Made by a program: the position numbers and the translations under genes. DNA of 64,000 bases, from NCBI GenBank assembly GCA_964016885.1, contig OZ024741.1:363630001-363694000 (forward strand). The letters are read 5' to 3'. Positions 1 through 16,882 of this stretch are shown here, in pieces; position 1 is the stretch's first letter; the number at the start of each line of letters is the position of its first letter. The notes below the pieces were generated by a model that was not told the DNA's origin, ran no database searches, and worked only from the letters and a program-made list of their open reading frames with translations. The stretch comes from Eledone cirrhosa. Taxonomy: Eukaryota.

Positions 1-1975
1 AAGGAGTGATTATGTTGACTGAGGAAAGAAGGGTGATTATGTCGACTGAGGAAGGAAGGAGTGATTATGTTGACTGAGGAAAGAAGGGTGATTATGTTGA
101 CTGAGGAAAGAAGGGTGATTATGTTGACTGGGGAGGGAAGGGGTGATTATGTCGACTGAGGAAGGAAGGAGTGATTATGTTGACTGAGGAAAGAAGGGTG
201 ATTATGTTGACTGAGGAAAGAAGGGTGATTATGTTGACTGGGGAGGGAAGGGGTGATTATGTCGACTGAGGAAGGAAGGAGTGATTATGTTGACTGAGGA
301 AAGAAGGGTGATTATGTCGACTGAGGAGGGAAGGGGTGATTATGTCGACTGAGGAGGGAAGGGGTGATTATGTCGACTGAGGAGGGAAGGGTGATTATGT
401 CGACTGAGGAGGGAAGGGGTGATTATGTCGACTGAGGAGGGAAGGGGTGATTATGTCGACTGAGGAGGGAAGGGTGATTATGTCGACTGAGGAGGGAAGG
501 GGTGATTATGTCGACTGAGGAGGGAAGGGGTGATTATGTCGACTGAGGAAGGAAGGGGTGATTATGTCGACTGAGGAAGGAAGGAGTGATTATGTCGACT
601 GAGGAGGGAAGGGGTGATTATGTCGACTGAGGAGGGAAGGGGTGATTATGTCGACTGAGGAGGGAAGGAGTGATTATGTTGACTGGGGAGGGAAGGAGTG
701 ATTATGTCGACTGAGGAAGGAAGGAGTGATTATGTTGACTGAGGAAAGAAGGGTGATTATGTTGACTGGGGAGGGAAGGGGTGATTATGTCGACTGAGGA
801 AGGAAGGAGTGATTATGTTGACTGAGGAAAGAAGGGTGATTATGTCGACTGAGGAGGGAAGGGGTGATTATGTTGACTGAGGAAAGAAGGGTGATTATGT
901 CGACTGAGGAGGGAAGGGGTGATTATGTCGACTGAGGAAGGAAGGGATGATTATGTCGACTGAGGAGGGAAGGGGTGATTATGTCGACTGAGGAAGGAAG
1001 GGTGATTATGTCGACTGAGGAGGGAAGGGGTGATTATGTTGACTGAGGAAAGAAGGGTGATTATGTCGACTGAGGAGGGAAGGGGTGATTATGTTGACTG
1101 AGGAGGGAAGGGGTGATTATGTCGACTGAGGAAGGAAGGAGTGATTATGTTGACTGAGGAGGGAAGGGGTGATTATGTCGACTGAGGAGGGAAGGGGTGA
1201 TTATGTCGACTGAGGAAGGAAGGGGTGATTATGTCGACTGAGGAAGGAAGGAGTGATTATGTTGACTGAGGAAAGAAGGGTGATTATGTCGACTGAGGAG
1301 GGAAGGGGTGATTATGTCGACTGAGGAAGGAAGGGGTGATTATGTCGACTGAGGAGGGAAGGGGTGATTACGTCGACTGAGGAAGGAAGGGGTGATTACG
1401 TCGACTGAGGAGGGAAGGGGTGATTATGTCGACTGAGGAGGGAAGGGGTGATTATGTCGACTGAGGAGGGAAGGAGTGATTATGTTGACTGAGGAAAGAA
1501 GGGTGATTACGTCGACTGAGGAGGGAAGGGGTGATTATGTCGACTGAGGAGGGAAGGGGTGATTATGTCGACTGAGGAAGGAAGGGGTGATTATGTCGAC
1601 TGAGGAGGGAAGGGGTGATTATGTCGACTGAGGAAGGAAGGGATGATTATGTCGACTGAGGAAGGAAGGGGTGATTATGTCGACTGAGGAAGGAAGGGGT
1701 GATTATGTCGACTGAGGAAGGAAGGGGTGATTATGTCGACTGAGGAGGGAAGGGGTGATTATGTCGACTGAGGAGGGAAGGGGTGATTATGTCGACTGAG
1801 GAGGGAAGGGGTGATTATGTCGACTGAGGAAGGAAGGGGTGATTACGTCGACTGAGGAAGGAAGGGGTGATTACGTCGACTGAGGAGGGAAGGGGTGATT
1901 ATGTCGACTGAGGAAGGAAGGAGTGATTATGTCTACTGAGGAAGGAAGGGGTGATTATGTCGACTGAGGAAGGGG
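1..1975. repeat. G-rich minisatellite, 28-29 bp unit (GTGATTATGTCGACTGAGGAGGGAAGGGG)
   Basis: Direct tandem repetition of the unit with variants (GTCGAC/GTTGAC, GGAAGG/GAAAG); it runs off the window start. Confidence 0.97.
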
Positions 1976-2280
1976 TGTCTAATACACACACATCTATGTG
2001 ATGACTGAGGAAGGAAGGGGTGTCTAATACACACACATCTATGTGATGACTGAGGAAGGAAGGGGTGTCTAATACACACACATCTATGTGATGACTGAGG
2101 AAGGAAGGGTGTCTAATACACACACATCTATGTGATGACTGAGGAAGGAAGGGGTGTCTAATACACACACATCTATGTGATGACTGAGGAAGGAAGGGGT
2201 GTCTAATACGCACACATCTATGTGATGACTGAGGAAGGAAGGGGTGTCTAATACACACACATCTATGTGATGACTGAGGA
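1976..2280. repeat. 45-bp minisatellite (TGTCTAATACACACACATCTATGTGATGACTGAGGAAGGAAGGGG), about 7 copies
   Basis: TGTCT recurs at 1976 and 2021 (period 45); shares the GACTGAGGAAGGAAGGGGTG core with the preceding array. Confidence 0.95.
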
Positions 2281-2424
2281 GCGGGGTGAGAAACTATAGA
2301 AGTCCAGCATTCTAAAATTCATCACAGCTGTGTGTTTGTAGTTTGTATCACTTGTGTGAGTTAGCGTGAAGGAACCAACCAACCAACCAACAAACAAACA
2401 AACATCTCTTTTTTATATTATGTA

Positions 2425-2892
2425 TCATCATCATCAGGTCGCGCTTGCTCGGCTTTCTACGACACGCTTCCTCCATCCATCTCTGTCTCTCATAGCGTTT
2501 GCCAGTTCTTCCGCAGTGCATCCAGTATTGTCCTCAAGTTGCTTGACGTATGTCTTCTTGGGACGACCAGCGTTTCTTGCTCCATGAGATGGACTCCATA
2601 ACAACACATCACCTGCTATTTCTTCCTTGCTGCACCAACAGTGGCCAGCAAATCTGAGTCTCTGTCCACGTATTGACCTGCTGATAGGTGGTATATTGCC
2701 ATAGAGATCCTTATTTGTTGGGTGTTCCCTCCAAGACACATTTAAAGCAGCGCGGAGCATACATGTGTATGCCCCGTCTAGCTTTTTCTCCAGTTTCGAC
2801 GTTAGCATCCAAGTGATAGAGCCATAAACAAGCACAGACTCCACAGCAGCTCTGAAGAAATTCCTTTTCAGTTTGGTCGGCAGGTTTGATTT
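2425..2892 (-). mobile_element. 5'-truncated RTE/RTE-X-type LINE, C-terminal fragment
   Basis: ORF 2434..2844 contains ESVLVYGSITW, RLRFAGHCW, GRPKKTY and RDGWRKRV motifs typical of RTE-group C-termini; (TGA)n tail. Confidence 0.85.
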
Positions 2893-3408
2893 ATGTATAG
2901 ATATTACAATTAGCCATCATTTTTGATGGCACAGGGGCAGTTAGTAGAGAAATATATAACCTAAACCCCAAGACTTAGAAATATATGAAACATACAAAAA
3001 ATTGCACTGTTAGGCACTGCACACATATTATGTAGGGTATTTGCAATGCAGTAAATGCAACAACACCAAAAATAGCACTAAATGTACTCAAGGCACAGAG
3101 AGCTGTGCTTTGTAATGCAGTCACAACACAATAAAAATATAACTAATGATAATAATAAATAAATAAATGAATGATGATGAGGAAACAACATAAAAATCAG
3201 TCTTTATTAGTATTCTTGTCAGTTTGTGTCTTAACTAGATATTACAAATCTGAATATGACAGGTGTTGTTAAATTATGCAAGAGAGTGATACATTGAAGA
3301 TATTCAGTGTATGTGGTAGTTGAATTTATTTAGTTCATGTCTTCATGGTGTTTCAGCTTAACAGCTCAGTAAATGATGAAAGACACATGCATACACACAC
3401 AAGCACAT

Positions 3409-3453
<45 letters not shown>

Positions 3454-3454
<1 letters not shown>

Positions 3455-3792
3455 CATCATCATCATTTCATTTTACGTCCGCTTTTCCCTGCTTGCAAGG
3501 GTGGGACAGGAACTGATTGTGGCTTGATTTCTACAGCTGGATGCCCTTCCTAACACCAACCTCATTTACAGTGAGTGCTGGGTAATTTTTTGACGTGGCA
3601 CCTCCACGATCACTTTACAGTGGAATGATAGGGAACCCAGTCCTATCATGTCATTTTTACAGCTGAGTAAACTGGAGCAATGTGAAATAAAGTGTCTTGC
3701 TCAAGGAAACAACACATCACCCGGTCTGAGAATTGAACTCACAACCTTTCGATTGCAAGGCCAATGCTCTAACCACTAAGCCATGTGCCTCC
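3454..3792 (-). mobile_element. tRNA-derived SINE with CORE-like centre and RTE-like 3' tail
   Basis: Minus strand has a tRNA-like head with A/B boxes (GGAGGCACATGGCTTAGTGGTTAGAGC...GAGTTCAATTCTC), then CTTGAGCAAGACACTT, the GTTGGTGTTAGGAAGGGCATCCAGCTGTAG tail shared with the RTEs, and (ATG)n. Second copy at 50417. Confidence 0.85.
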
Positions 3793-3808
3793 ATAAAATG
3801 ATATGTAC

Positions 3809-3880
3809 CTCCCCGGCGGGGAATCGAACCCCGGTCTCCCGCGTGACAGGCGGGGATACTTACCACTATACTACCGAGGA
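3809..3880 (-). tRNA. tRNA-Asp(GTC)
   Basis: Minus strand TCCTCGGTAGTATAGTGGTAAGTATCCCCGCCTGTCACGCGGGAGACCGGGGTTCGATTCCCCGCCGGGGAG: full cloverleaf, GTC anticodon, TTTT about 10 nt downstream. Confidence 0.95.
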
Positions 3881-3883
3881 TGC

Positions 3884-3916
<33 letters not shown>

Positions 3917-3920
3917 CATA

Positions 3921-4400
3921 AATGAACACTGGTGAGACCTTCAAGATAGTAAAGAATCATCTGTACTCTACCAACATGCTAAAATAGAACATAAGGGTAA
4001 ATTAGAGAACATAGAAATAAAAATAGAATCTACACACAGAAAAGACGCAATGTTTAGACAAATCACAGAGGCAATAAACATAAATGAACTCCAACCAAAA
4101 TTAAATAGAAAACATGAGTGGAAAAGCAACATCACAACTTACAATTAAGGACAAAATGAAAACACACACACGCACATAGAACAAACAACCAACCAGTAAC
4201 ATTTAAATAAACAAATAAGTAAACGAATATAAACGCACACAGACACCCGGATGTAACACATACGCAAACTAAGCACTCAACACACACACAAAAACAAGAT
4301 GGCGTAGGACAGAACAAAGGAGAGGCACAAAAACAAAGAAAAGAATCCCCAGTCACTGAAGAGGTCACAGAATGTGTGACGAAAGAACTTTGACAATATA
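3921..4400 (+). mobile_element. Penelope-like element 3' fragment (GIY-YIG C-terminus plus UTR with hammerhead)
   Basis: Manual translation NEHW*DLQDSKESSVLYQHAKIEH...FRQITEAININELQPKLNRKHEW resembles a PLE endonuclease C-terminal half; a hammerhead follows at 4352. Confidence 0.7.
4352..4394 (+). ncRNA. Minimal type I hammerhead ribozyme motif
   Basis: GTCA-CTGAAGA-g-GTCACA(gaatg)TGTGAC-GAAA-gaac-TT-TGAC: both core boxes, stem I and stem II are present. Confidence 0.7.
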
Positions 4401-4404
4401 TATA

Positions 4405-4604
4405 TAAACAATCATCTGGTTGTGGAACCAACCAACCAACCGGAAATTTATAAATTCCTAAATTTATAAATTTATTATAATAAATTGAAGTGAAAGCAAC
4501 TGGTGCGTGTGTTTCTTATTGGCAACATGACCCTCCCAAAGTATAACAATATCGGTTTCAACACATGTTTTCAGATAAAGAATCTTGCTAAACAAATTCA
4601 GAAA

Positions 4605-4608
<4 letters not shown>
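4405..4608. repeat. Dispersed ~200-bp non-coding repeat (copy 1; copy 2 at about 26970-27178)
   Basis: ATCTGGTTGTGGAACCAACC...ATTCAGAAACGA occurs at both loci, each flanked by (TA)n. Confidence 0.85.
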
Positions 4609-4664
<56 letters not shown>

Positions 4665-4669
<5 letters not shown>

Positions 4670-5141
4670 CACAATAATCAAAGCTATGTTCAAATCATTT
4701 TATTGCTGACAATCGTTTCTTCCAAACTCCTATTCAACTGAACAATCATATAGATTAATGGATATTAATGTTGTCAACAACAGTTTCGTATTTACAGAGT
4801 GGAATGGATGCGACATAAATTACAAGAGAATTGTACAATAATTAAAATTAAAAATTAAAAATGTTACATGCATTCCACTCTGTGCCTTTTTAATTTTTAA
4901 TTTTTAATTTTAATTATTGTACAATTCTCTTGTAATCTATGTCGCATCCATTCCACTCTGTAAATACGAAACTGTTGTTGACAACATTAATATCCATGTA
5001 TCTATATGATTGTTCAGTTGAATAGGAGGTTAATTGTATGTACAAACATTGCTAGTGCTCCGATGATTCCAAACGAAAGTTTGGAAGAAACGATTGTCAG
5101 CTATAAAATGATTTGAACATAGCTTTGATTATTGTGTAATT
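4665..5141. repeat. Long inverted repeat (~195-bp arms), probable PLE terminal region
   Basis: 4665-4860 is the reverse complement of about 4890-5141; the right arm has a ~49-bp extra segment carrying the 5' half of a hammerhead. Confidence 0.85.
5057..5101 (+). ncRNA. Degenerate type I hammerhead (U4C core change)
   Basis: GCT-CCGATGA-TTCCAAAC(gaaa)GTTTGGAA-GAAA-c(gatt)g-TC-AGC. Confidence 0.6.
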
Positions 5142-5257
5142 TATATTCCTGCTCTGTAAAATATCTCATGTATTTACATTGAGCTATTTTTCTTACTGGT
5201 AATAAGGTAGTAATGAATTATTGACCTTTCCTGTTTATAGTTGTATATAGTGTATAT

Positions 5258-5423
5258 CGGTAGCGGGTCGGACACCATGCTTTGACTCATAGAGTTACGG
5301 CCCTTTCCAATGTGAGTTCAAATCCCGCCGAGGTTAACTTTGCCTTTCATCCTTACGGGGTCGATAAAATAAAGTACCAGTAAAACACTGGGTAATTGCT
5401 GGCCTTGTGCCAAAAGTAGAAAC

Positions 5424-5428
<5 letters not shown>
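5258..5428 (+). mobile_element. SINE fragment (Nin-domain-like mollusc SINE)
   Basis: B-box GAGTTCAAATCC followed by GCCTTTCATCCTTACGGGGTCGATAAAATAAAGTACCAG; a reverse fragment of the same 3' end lies at about 37210-37275. Confidence 0.7.
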
Positions 5429-5457
<29 letters not shown>

Positions 5458-5904
5458 AAGTAAACGAGATATCGTTTAAGGTTATCTAAGCCCAGGTTAC
5501 GAGTAATCTGCACCAAGGAATATTTCAGCGTATGGTGCTAGTTGACTCAACAAGATGTTTACTTAGTTAGGTTTTTTGAAGTGTAGATTCCTGAAAGTTC
5601 CGTGATTAGTAGTTCTTGGAGTAGTAATAACAGGTAAAAGGGTGATTAACACGGATAAGTGATATAATAGGGTTTTATTCCAAGCATTTAACATATGTTT
5701 CATCGCCTAATAAGCAATTAATTATGTCTTGAAATTGCTATTGTAGCAAGAGTTGCCTCCCTTGCCATGACAATCTCATCACCGCTCTCTAGACAGGAAG
5801 TAGGTGGAGTTGCTTCCCTTTGGGATTGACAGACTCCCTGTTGGTCACTTCCGGTCAACAGATATAAAAGGAGCAGTTTACCACGATATCACTCTCTCGC
5901 CTGA

Positions 5905-6302
5905 TTCCTGAATTACACTTCTCAAAGACAATGACACACGACCGTGACTTCTGGCGTCACGCAGTAATACAGAGTACCCAACCTCCCATGGGTACAAGCT
6001 GAAGCATATAGACAATATGCCCCCACTCCCCCCACCGCAAGGTGGTCGTGGAGGTGCCACGGCAAAAAAGCACCCAGCCCACACTGTAAAGTGGACGTGT
6101 AGGCGCCACGAAAAAGCACCCAGCACTCACTGTAAATGAGGTTGGTGTTAGGAAGGGCATCCAGCTGTAGAAATCAAACCAGACCAGTTCCTGTATGAGC
6201 AAGGCATGGTCAGCCGACCAGAGACTGCCCACAACAGGACAACCCGTCTAACCCATGCTAGCGTGGAAGAACGGACGTAAAACGGTGATGATGATGATGA
6301 TG
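5905..6302 (+). mobile_element. RTE LINE extreme 3' fragment
   Basis: Encodes LHFSKTMTHDRDFWRHAV (cf. [18 protein letters not shown] in the 55.5-kb RTE), followed by the shared 3' UTR and (GAT)n tail. Confidence 0.8.
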
Positions 6303-6589
6303 TAACACCTGCGACCGTAGCTTGTGATGATTCCTTCTTGATGATCCTTCGTTACCAAGAACAATGCCACTTGCAGCCTGAGATGAGAGCCTAAGATATC
6401 AATAACAGCTAGAAAAGATCTCTTCTTTTCTCTACCAACTTCAGCCTCGAGTTATGACCATCGGGTAACAAATCCTTAATATTTAATGCCTTTGACTTCC
6501 ATGAAGTAAAAACTTTATTATAACACACACACCGGTATTTACTGTCTTTTATATTATGTTGTATGTACACCGATACTAATCTCCTAAAG

Positions 6590-6624
6590 TGGTGACCCCG
6601 GTGTGATCCGAACACGCAGCCTTC
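6590..6624 (-). pseudogene. 3' half of tRNA-Trp including CCA (retrocopy or extended PBS-like sequence)
   Basis: Minus strand GAAGGCTGCGTGTTCGGATCACACCGGGGTCACCA resembles the metazoan tRNA-Trp variable loop, T-arm and acceptor 3' strand plus CCA. Confidence 0.7.
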
Positions 6625-6934
6625 ATCAATAGTTGATTGGCTATTGTGAAATTCGATTTTAAATACACAAAACAATGCAGTCACTGGGTGAATTATCAAA
6701 ATACTGATCATGAATTTAGCCTCACTACGGTTTTATACCAAATAACATAGACATCAAAATGAAAAATAAAATAAACTAAGAGAAAATTACATACTTGGGG
6801 TGGGGGGGGGGGGGGAGATAGGAATAATACAAAAAAGTGGAATAATATTGGGGTAAAAACAAAGAGGACATGGAAGCCTAATATTACCCAAATATTAATC
6901 CACTTTTTTGTATTATTCATATCTCCCCACCCCC

Positions 6935-7213
6935 TCAAGTATGTAATTTCATAACCTGGTGAACCAACTTAATGTCTCTATAGTTTTCTCTGTCTAGAGT
7001 ATCTCCTTTGCCGTTATAATAGTTGACAATCATGCTGCTACACCAATCATTGGGTATGACACCATTTTGTATTACTTGGTTTACAATATGGGTGATTATG
7101 GTGTGACTCCCATTCCAGATGCTTTCAACATCTTGGCAACTATCACCCAAGGTCCAGCTGCCTTGCCAGTTTTCATATCCTTGATTGCCTTACTTACTAT
7201 ACTACTGCTGACT

Positions 7214-7215
<2 letters not shown>
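6935..7215 (-). mobile_element. RTE LINE internal fragment (pre-RT region), frameshifted
   Basis: KAIKDMKTGKAAGP...IPNDWCSSMIVNYYNGKGD.LDRENYRDIKL matches the RTE at 55.5 kb. Confidence 0.9.
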
Positions 7216-7255
<40 letters not shown>

Positions 7256-7258
<3 letters not shown>

Positions 7259-7340
7259 GAGGGTCTGCTGAAAAGTTCATAGGCTGACCAAGATTCTCTC
7301 ATAGAATGACCAAATGAGGTTTAATTTTCAATATAGTCCT
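7256..7340 (+). mobile_element. Tc1/mariner-type terminal inverted repeat remnant
   Basis: TA-CGAGGGTCTGCTGAAAAGTTC start resembles mariner-like TIRs; no partner TIR is seen. Confidence 0.5.
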
Positions 7341-7425
7341 TGAAAAGAAACAATGCAGTTATTATTAATGTACGCAATGCAGATTCCGGGTACACAAGAG
7401 ATGTAGTGGGATAGCAGGCAAACTA

Positions 7426-7625
7426 NNNNNNNNNNNNNNNNNNNNNNNNNNNNNNNNNNNNNNNNNNNNNNNNNNNNNNNNNNNNNNNNNNNNNNNNNNN
7501 NNNNNNNNNNNNNNNNNNNNNNNNNNNNNNNNNNNNNNNNNNNNNNNNNNNNNNNNNNNNNNNNNNNNNNNNNNNNNNNNNNNNNNNNNNNNNNNNNNNN
7601 NNNNNNNNNNNNNNNNNNNNNNNNN
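7426..7625. other. Assembly gap (200 N)
   Basis: Run of N. Confidence 1.
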
Positions 7626-7820
7626 ATTCCGGGTTGAATCGGAGGTAACCACAGTAAGTAAGGTACTCAATACATAGCAGAGTATAACAGTTTTAATATA
7701 GATGAGATTCTACAGGACTAGAACTGTTTCATTCATTAGAAATCATCAGGAATCAGATTCCTGATGATTTCTAATGAATGAAACAGTTCTAGTCCTGTAG
7801 AATCTCATCTATATTAAAAC

Positions 7821-7821
<1 letters not shown>
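7626..7821. repeat. PLE-terminal segment with perfect 66-bp-arm palindrome and hammerhead-like motif
   Basis: 7689-7754 is the reverse complement of 7756-7821; contains CTGATGA-tttctaatgaat-GAAA-cagt-TC. Same family at about 43415, 48812 and 60145. Confidence 0.8.
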
Positions 7822-12950
<5,129 letters not shown>

Positions 12951-13324
12951 ACCAAGTGCAGAGGGACCAGTGGACAACTGTTCAAAGAGGGAACAGAAAG
13001 CACCGAGACACTGGGAGCAAAAAACCCCAAGTAATGTGCAAGTTTTTCAAGAACGGGACATGCTGGCATGGAGAGACAGGGATGGGATGCAGATTCGCCC
13101 ACCCTAGGTCTCAAACGAACTATGCCCATCATACTCGCGCAACATGCCCCAGCCTAAGGCGAAATAAGCCGCTCCAGAAGTATGCTGATGTCGCGCGTGC
13201 TGCACCAACAAGGAGAAGGCACGCACATGCCGACGAGATACAGATGGCAGCAGCAGATCAGAAAAATTTTTTAGTGATGGCAGAGAAGATTGTGGGACAG
13301 CTGACCTGGCTGCATCGTCTCTAG
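12951..13324 (+). pseudogene. LINE A ORF1 C-terminal part with CCCH zinc finger
   Basis: [22 protein letters not shown] (C-x7-C-x8-C-x3-H) at the end of the 9692..13324 frame. Confidence 0.75.
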
Positions 13325-13377
13325 AGCCAGGGTCATCCACACCAGCACTCGAGACCACCGCAGTTAAGGGACCCAGA

Positions 13378-16300
13378 GTGGCCGCCGCTGACACCAGACC
13401 AGGTGTCATACCGACAGCCATTACTGGCACCCCAAAAGTCACACCAGTGCTGCTGCTGAATGTCAGGGGCCTGGTGAAACTCAGCAACATGAGTAAAATT
13501 TCCTACCTGGGAGACTTAGCCATAAGCAATCAAGCACTATGCACGGCACTAACCGAAACGCACCTGACAAGCAGTATAGCAGATGCAGAAATACATATAC
13601 CGAAATATACTGTATTTCGTTCGGACAGGAAGAAGAGAACTCATGGTGGGGTTGCTCTGTATATCCGTGAAGATGTCACACCAATTGTTATGTTGACACA
13701 TTCAAACTCAGTCTGTGACACACTGATAATACATATGAAGCAACTACAGACGGTAATATGTGTCACATATCGGCCGCCCGATGCCCCCAGTCATGAGGGT
13801 AAATTTGAGGATAGCCTAAGTAGGATAGAAGAGGTCCTTGACAAACTGGACCAGGGTCTCAACATCCTACTGCTGGGAGACTTCAACCTACCAAAGGTCA
13901 AATGGCCTGAGGGCCACCTCCTCCTTGGAATGACGTCAATAGAACAGAGACAGACGGAATCCCTGCTGGCCCTCACACACAGGCTGTTCATGGAGCAAGC
14001 AATACTCCTCCCAACAAGAGGCGAAAATGTCCTGGACCTCTGTTTTACAAACAACGAAGTGCTCATCCACAATGTAAAGGTGACACCAACAATTCTCTCG
14101 GATCATAACTTGGTAGAGCTAATGATATGTGGTCCAAGAGAACCAACAGAGACAAAACCACCAAGAAGCTCCGGGACGCTATCCAGCCTTAACTTCTACG
14201 GGGCTGACTGGAAGAAGATTAAGAGTGAAATCCGGAAGCAAACATGGAGTGCAAACATCGCCACACAAGACACTAACACACAATTTCAACACTTCATGAC
14301 AACGATACACACCATATGCAAAAAGTGTGTCCCGGAGAAAGAGGCAAACAGACACAAAAATCTTATTCCCAGAGATAGGAAAATCCTTATGAGACGTAGA
14401 ACTAAACTCTCAAACCAGTTGAATAGTCAACCAAACCAAAACAAGAAGGAATCCTATTTGAAACGTGCACTACTTGACACCGAGATTGCACTCAAGCTTT
14501 CACATGAGAATGAGAGGGCAAGGAAAGAGAACAGGGCCATAGAAAACATTAAAACAAACCCTAAGGCCTTCTTTAAATTTGCAAAAGAAACTGCCTCAGT
14601 ACACTGCAAGATTGGACCACTCTTCCACACGGACGGTTCATTAACCGAAAATCCCCAAGAGATATGTGAAATACTGAACGAACAGTACAAAAGTGTCTTC
14701 ACATGTCCACTGAGGCACATGCAAATAACGAAGCCAGAGGAGTTCTTTGATGCCACAACACTACATCAAGAAATGGCAACCATCAACCACATAGACATAA
14801 CGGAGGAGGATGTGGTGTACGCCATTGATGAAATTAGAACAGACTCGGCTGCTGGACCTGATGGATTCCCAGCAGTTCTCCTAAAAATATGTAAGCGGGC
14901 CTTAGCAACTCCACTGAAGATGCTCTTCAGAAGCTCCTTGGCTAGCGGTGTACTACCCAGGGAGCTGAAAGAAGGCACAATATGCCCTATCCATACAGGA
15001 GGTAGTAGAGCGGAGGCCAAGAACTATAGGCCAGTCTCCCTGATGTCGCATATCAGTAAGGTCATGGAGCGAGTCGTCAGAAAGAAACTAATCACTTTCC
15101 TCGAAGAAAATGACCGCCTGACTAGCACGCAACATGGCTTGCGCCCAGGAAGAAGCTGCCTTACACAGCTGCTACATCACTACGACTGGGTACTGAGACA
15201 ACTACTAGACAGCTCACATGTAGACGTGATATATCTTGACTTTGCGAAGGCCTTTGACAAGGTCGACCACGGAATGATATGTCACAAACTACACGGACTC
15301 GGCATAACTGGAAAAGTAGGTGAGTGGCTGCATGGCTTCCTAAGGGACAGAAGCCAGGCAGTCGCAGCAAATGGGGCCCTCTCGAGGGAAACACCGATAA
15401 CAAGTGGGGTGCCTCAGGGGACAGTCCTGGGACCACTACTGTTTTTGGTGGCTCTCTCGGACATGCCCTCTGTGGTGCATGCAACAACATCCCTCACTAG
15501 CTATGCTGATGACACTAAGGTAGCACAGGCAATCAAAAACCCGGCTGACGCTGCCCTCTTACAGCAGGATCTGGATGCTATATACAGATGGGCGGAAGAA
15601 AACAACATGCAGTTTAATGCTGGCAAATTCCAAGCCCTACAATACAAACCTGCAAACACAAACACAAATATAGCGGAACACAGCTACACAGGACCAGGAG
15701 GGACCGATATCCCGTGTCAAAATCGATACGAGACCTGGGCATAGACATGAGCGATGATGCATCTTTTTCTTCACACATCATGAAGGTGGCGACAGCATGT
15801 AGATGATTCGCTGGCTGGATCTTGAGGACTTTCCTTACAAGAGATCGAGACACCATGTTGACACTGTGGAGGACTTTTGTCCTAAGCCGCCTGGACTACT
15901 GCTCCCAGCTGTGGTCACCCCATAGTGTCAAACTAACCACAGACCTTGAGGAAATCCAGCGAAGCTACACCAAGAGGATTGCCAAGATGAGGGAGACAAG
16001 CTACTGGGAGAGGCTGAAGGAACTGAACCTCTACTCCTTGGAGCGAAGACGGGAGAGATACGCAGTGATCTACATGTGGAAAATCCTGGAGGGACTAGCA
16101 CCAAACTTTGGCATTGGGAGCTGGACCAACCGTCGAACAGGACGTCACTGTGTGGTGCCAAAGGTCCCGTCTTCCACATCTAGAATAAGGAGCAGGTATT
16201 GCAATAGCCTGGGATTCAAGGGCCCTGAACTCTTCAACAGGCTGCCGAGGCATCTGCGAGACTTGCATGACGTGGAGGTGGATGTCTTTAAGAAACATCT

Positions 16301-16418
16301 CGATACCTTGTTATCCAGAATCCCGGATGAGCCCACAGCAAGACACGAGGGAAACCTAAGGGCAGCAGCAACAAACTCCCTCCTACACCAGTGGCCAACC
16401 TATACAGGCTGGAGATAA
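13378..16418 (+). pseudogene. LINE A ORF2 (APE endonuclease + reverse transcriptase), one frameshift near 15720 and one stop near 15804
   Basis: NVRGL, TETHL, YRPP, GDFN, SDH (APE); YRPVSL, DFAKAFDKV, GVPQGTVLGP, YADD (RT); continues in 15822..16418 with SLERRRERY. Confidence 0.92.
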
Positions 16419-16504
16419 AATGTGTAGCAACAAGGGCGGTGCCCCAGCATGGCCTCAGCCGGATGGCTGAAACAGGTAAAAGAGTAAACGAGTAAAAGAG
16501 TATG

Positions 16505-16553
<49 letters not shown>

Positions 16554-16596
16554 GTATATATATGTATATATATATGTATATATATATGTATATATG

Positions 16597-16637
<41 letters not shown>

Positions 16638-16678
16638 GCATATATATATATATGTATATATACATGTATATATATATG

Positions 16679-16727
<49 letters not shown>

Positions 16728-16738
16728 GTATATATATG

Positions 16739-16837
<99 letters not shown>

Positions 16838-16848
16838 ATATATATATG

Positions 16849-16880
<32 letters not shown>

Positions 16881-16882
<2 letters not shown>

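Larger units (their letters stand above)
12951..16502 (+). mobile_element. CR1-group LINE family A, 5'-truncated within ORF1
   Basis: ORF1 remnant with a CCCH finger, APE+RT ORF2, 3' hairpin TCAGCC-ggat-GGCTGA and (GTAAAAGA)n tail running into (TA)n. Confidence 0.92.

Noticed and set aside
1-2280. CRISPR-like regular repeats
   Set aside because: No unique spacers; eukaryotic tandem minisatellite.
2893-3380. Possible host exon in unique AT-rich sequence
   Set aside because: No recognisable ORF or splice pattern; a tiny exon cannot be excluded without RNA data.
5688-5785. Hammerhead-like motif on minus strand (GTGATGA...GAAACATATGTT)
   Set aside because: C3 is altered and there is no convincing stem I; too degenerate to call.
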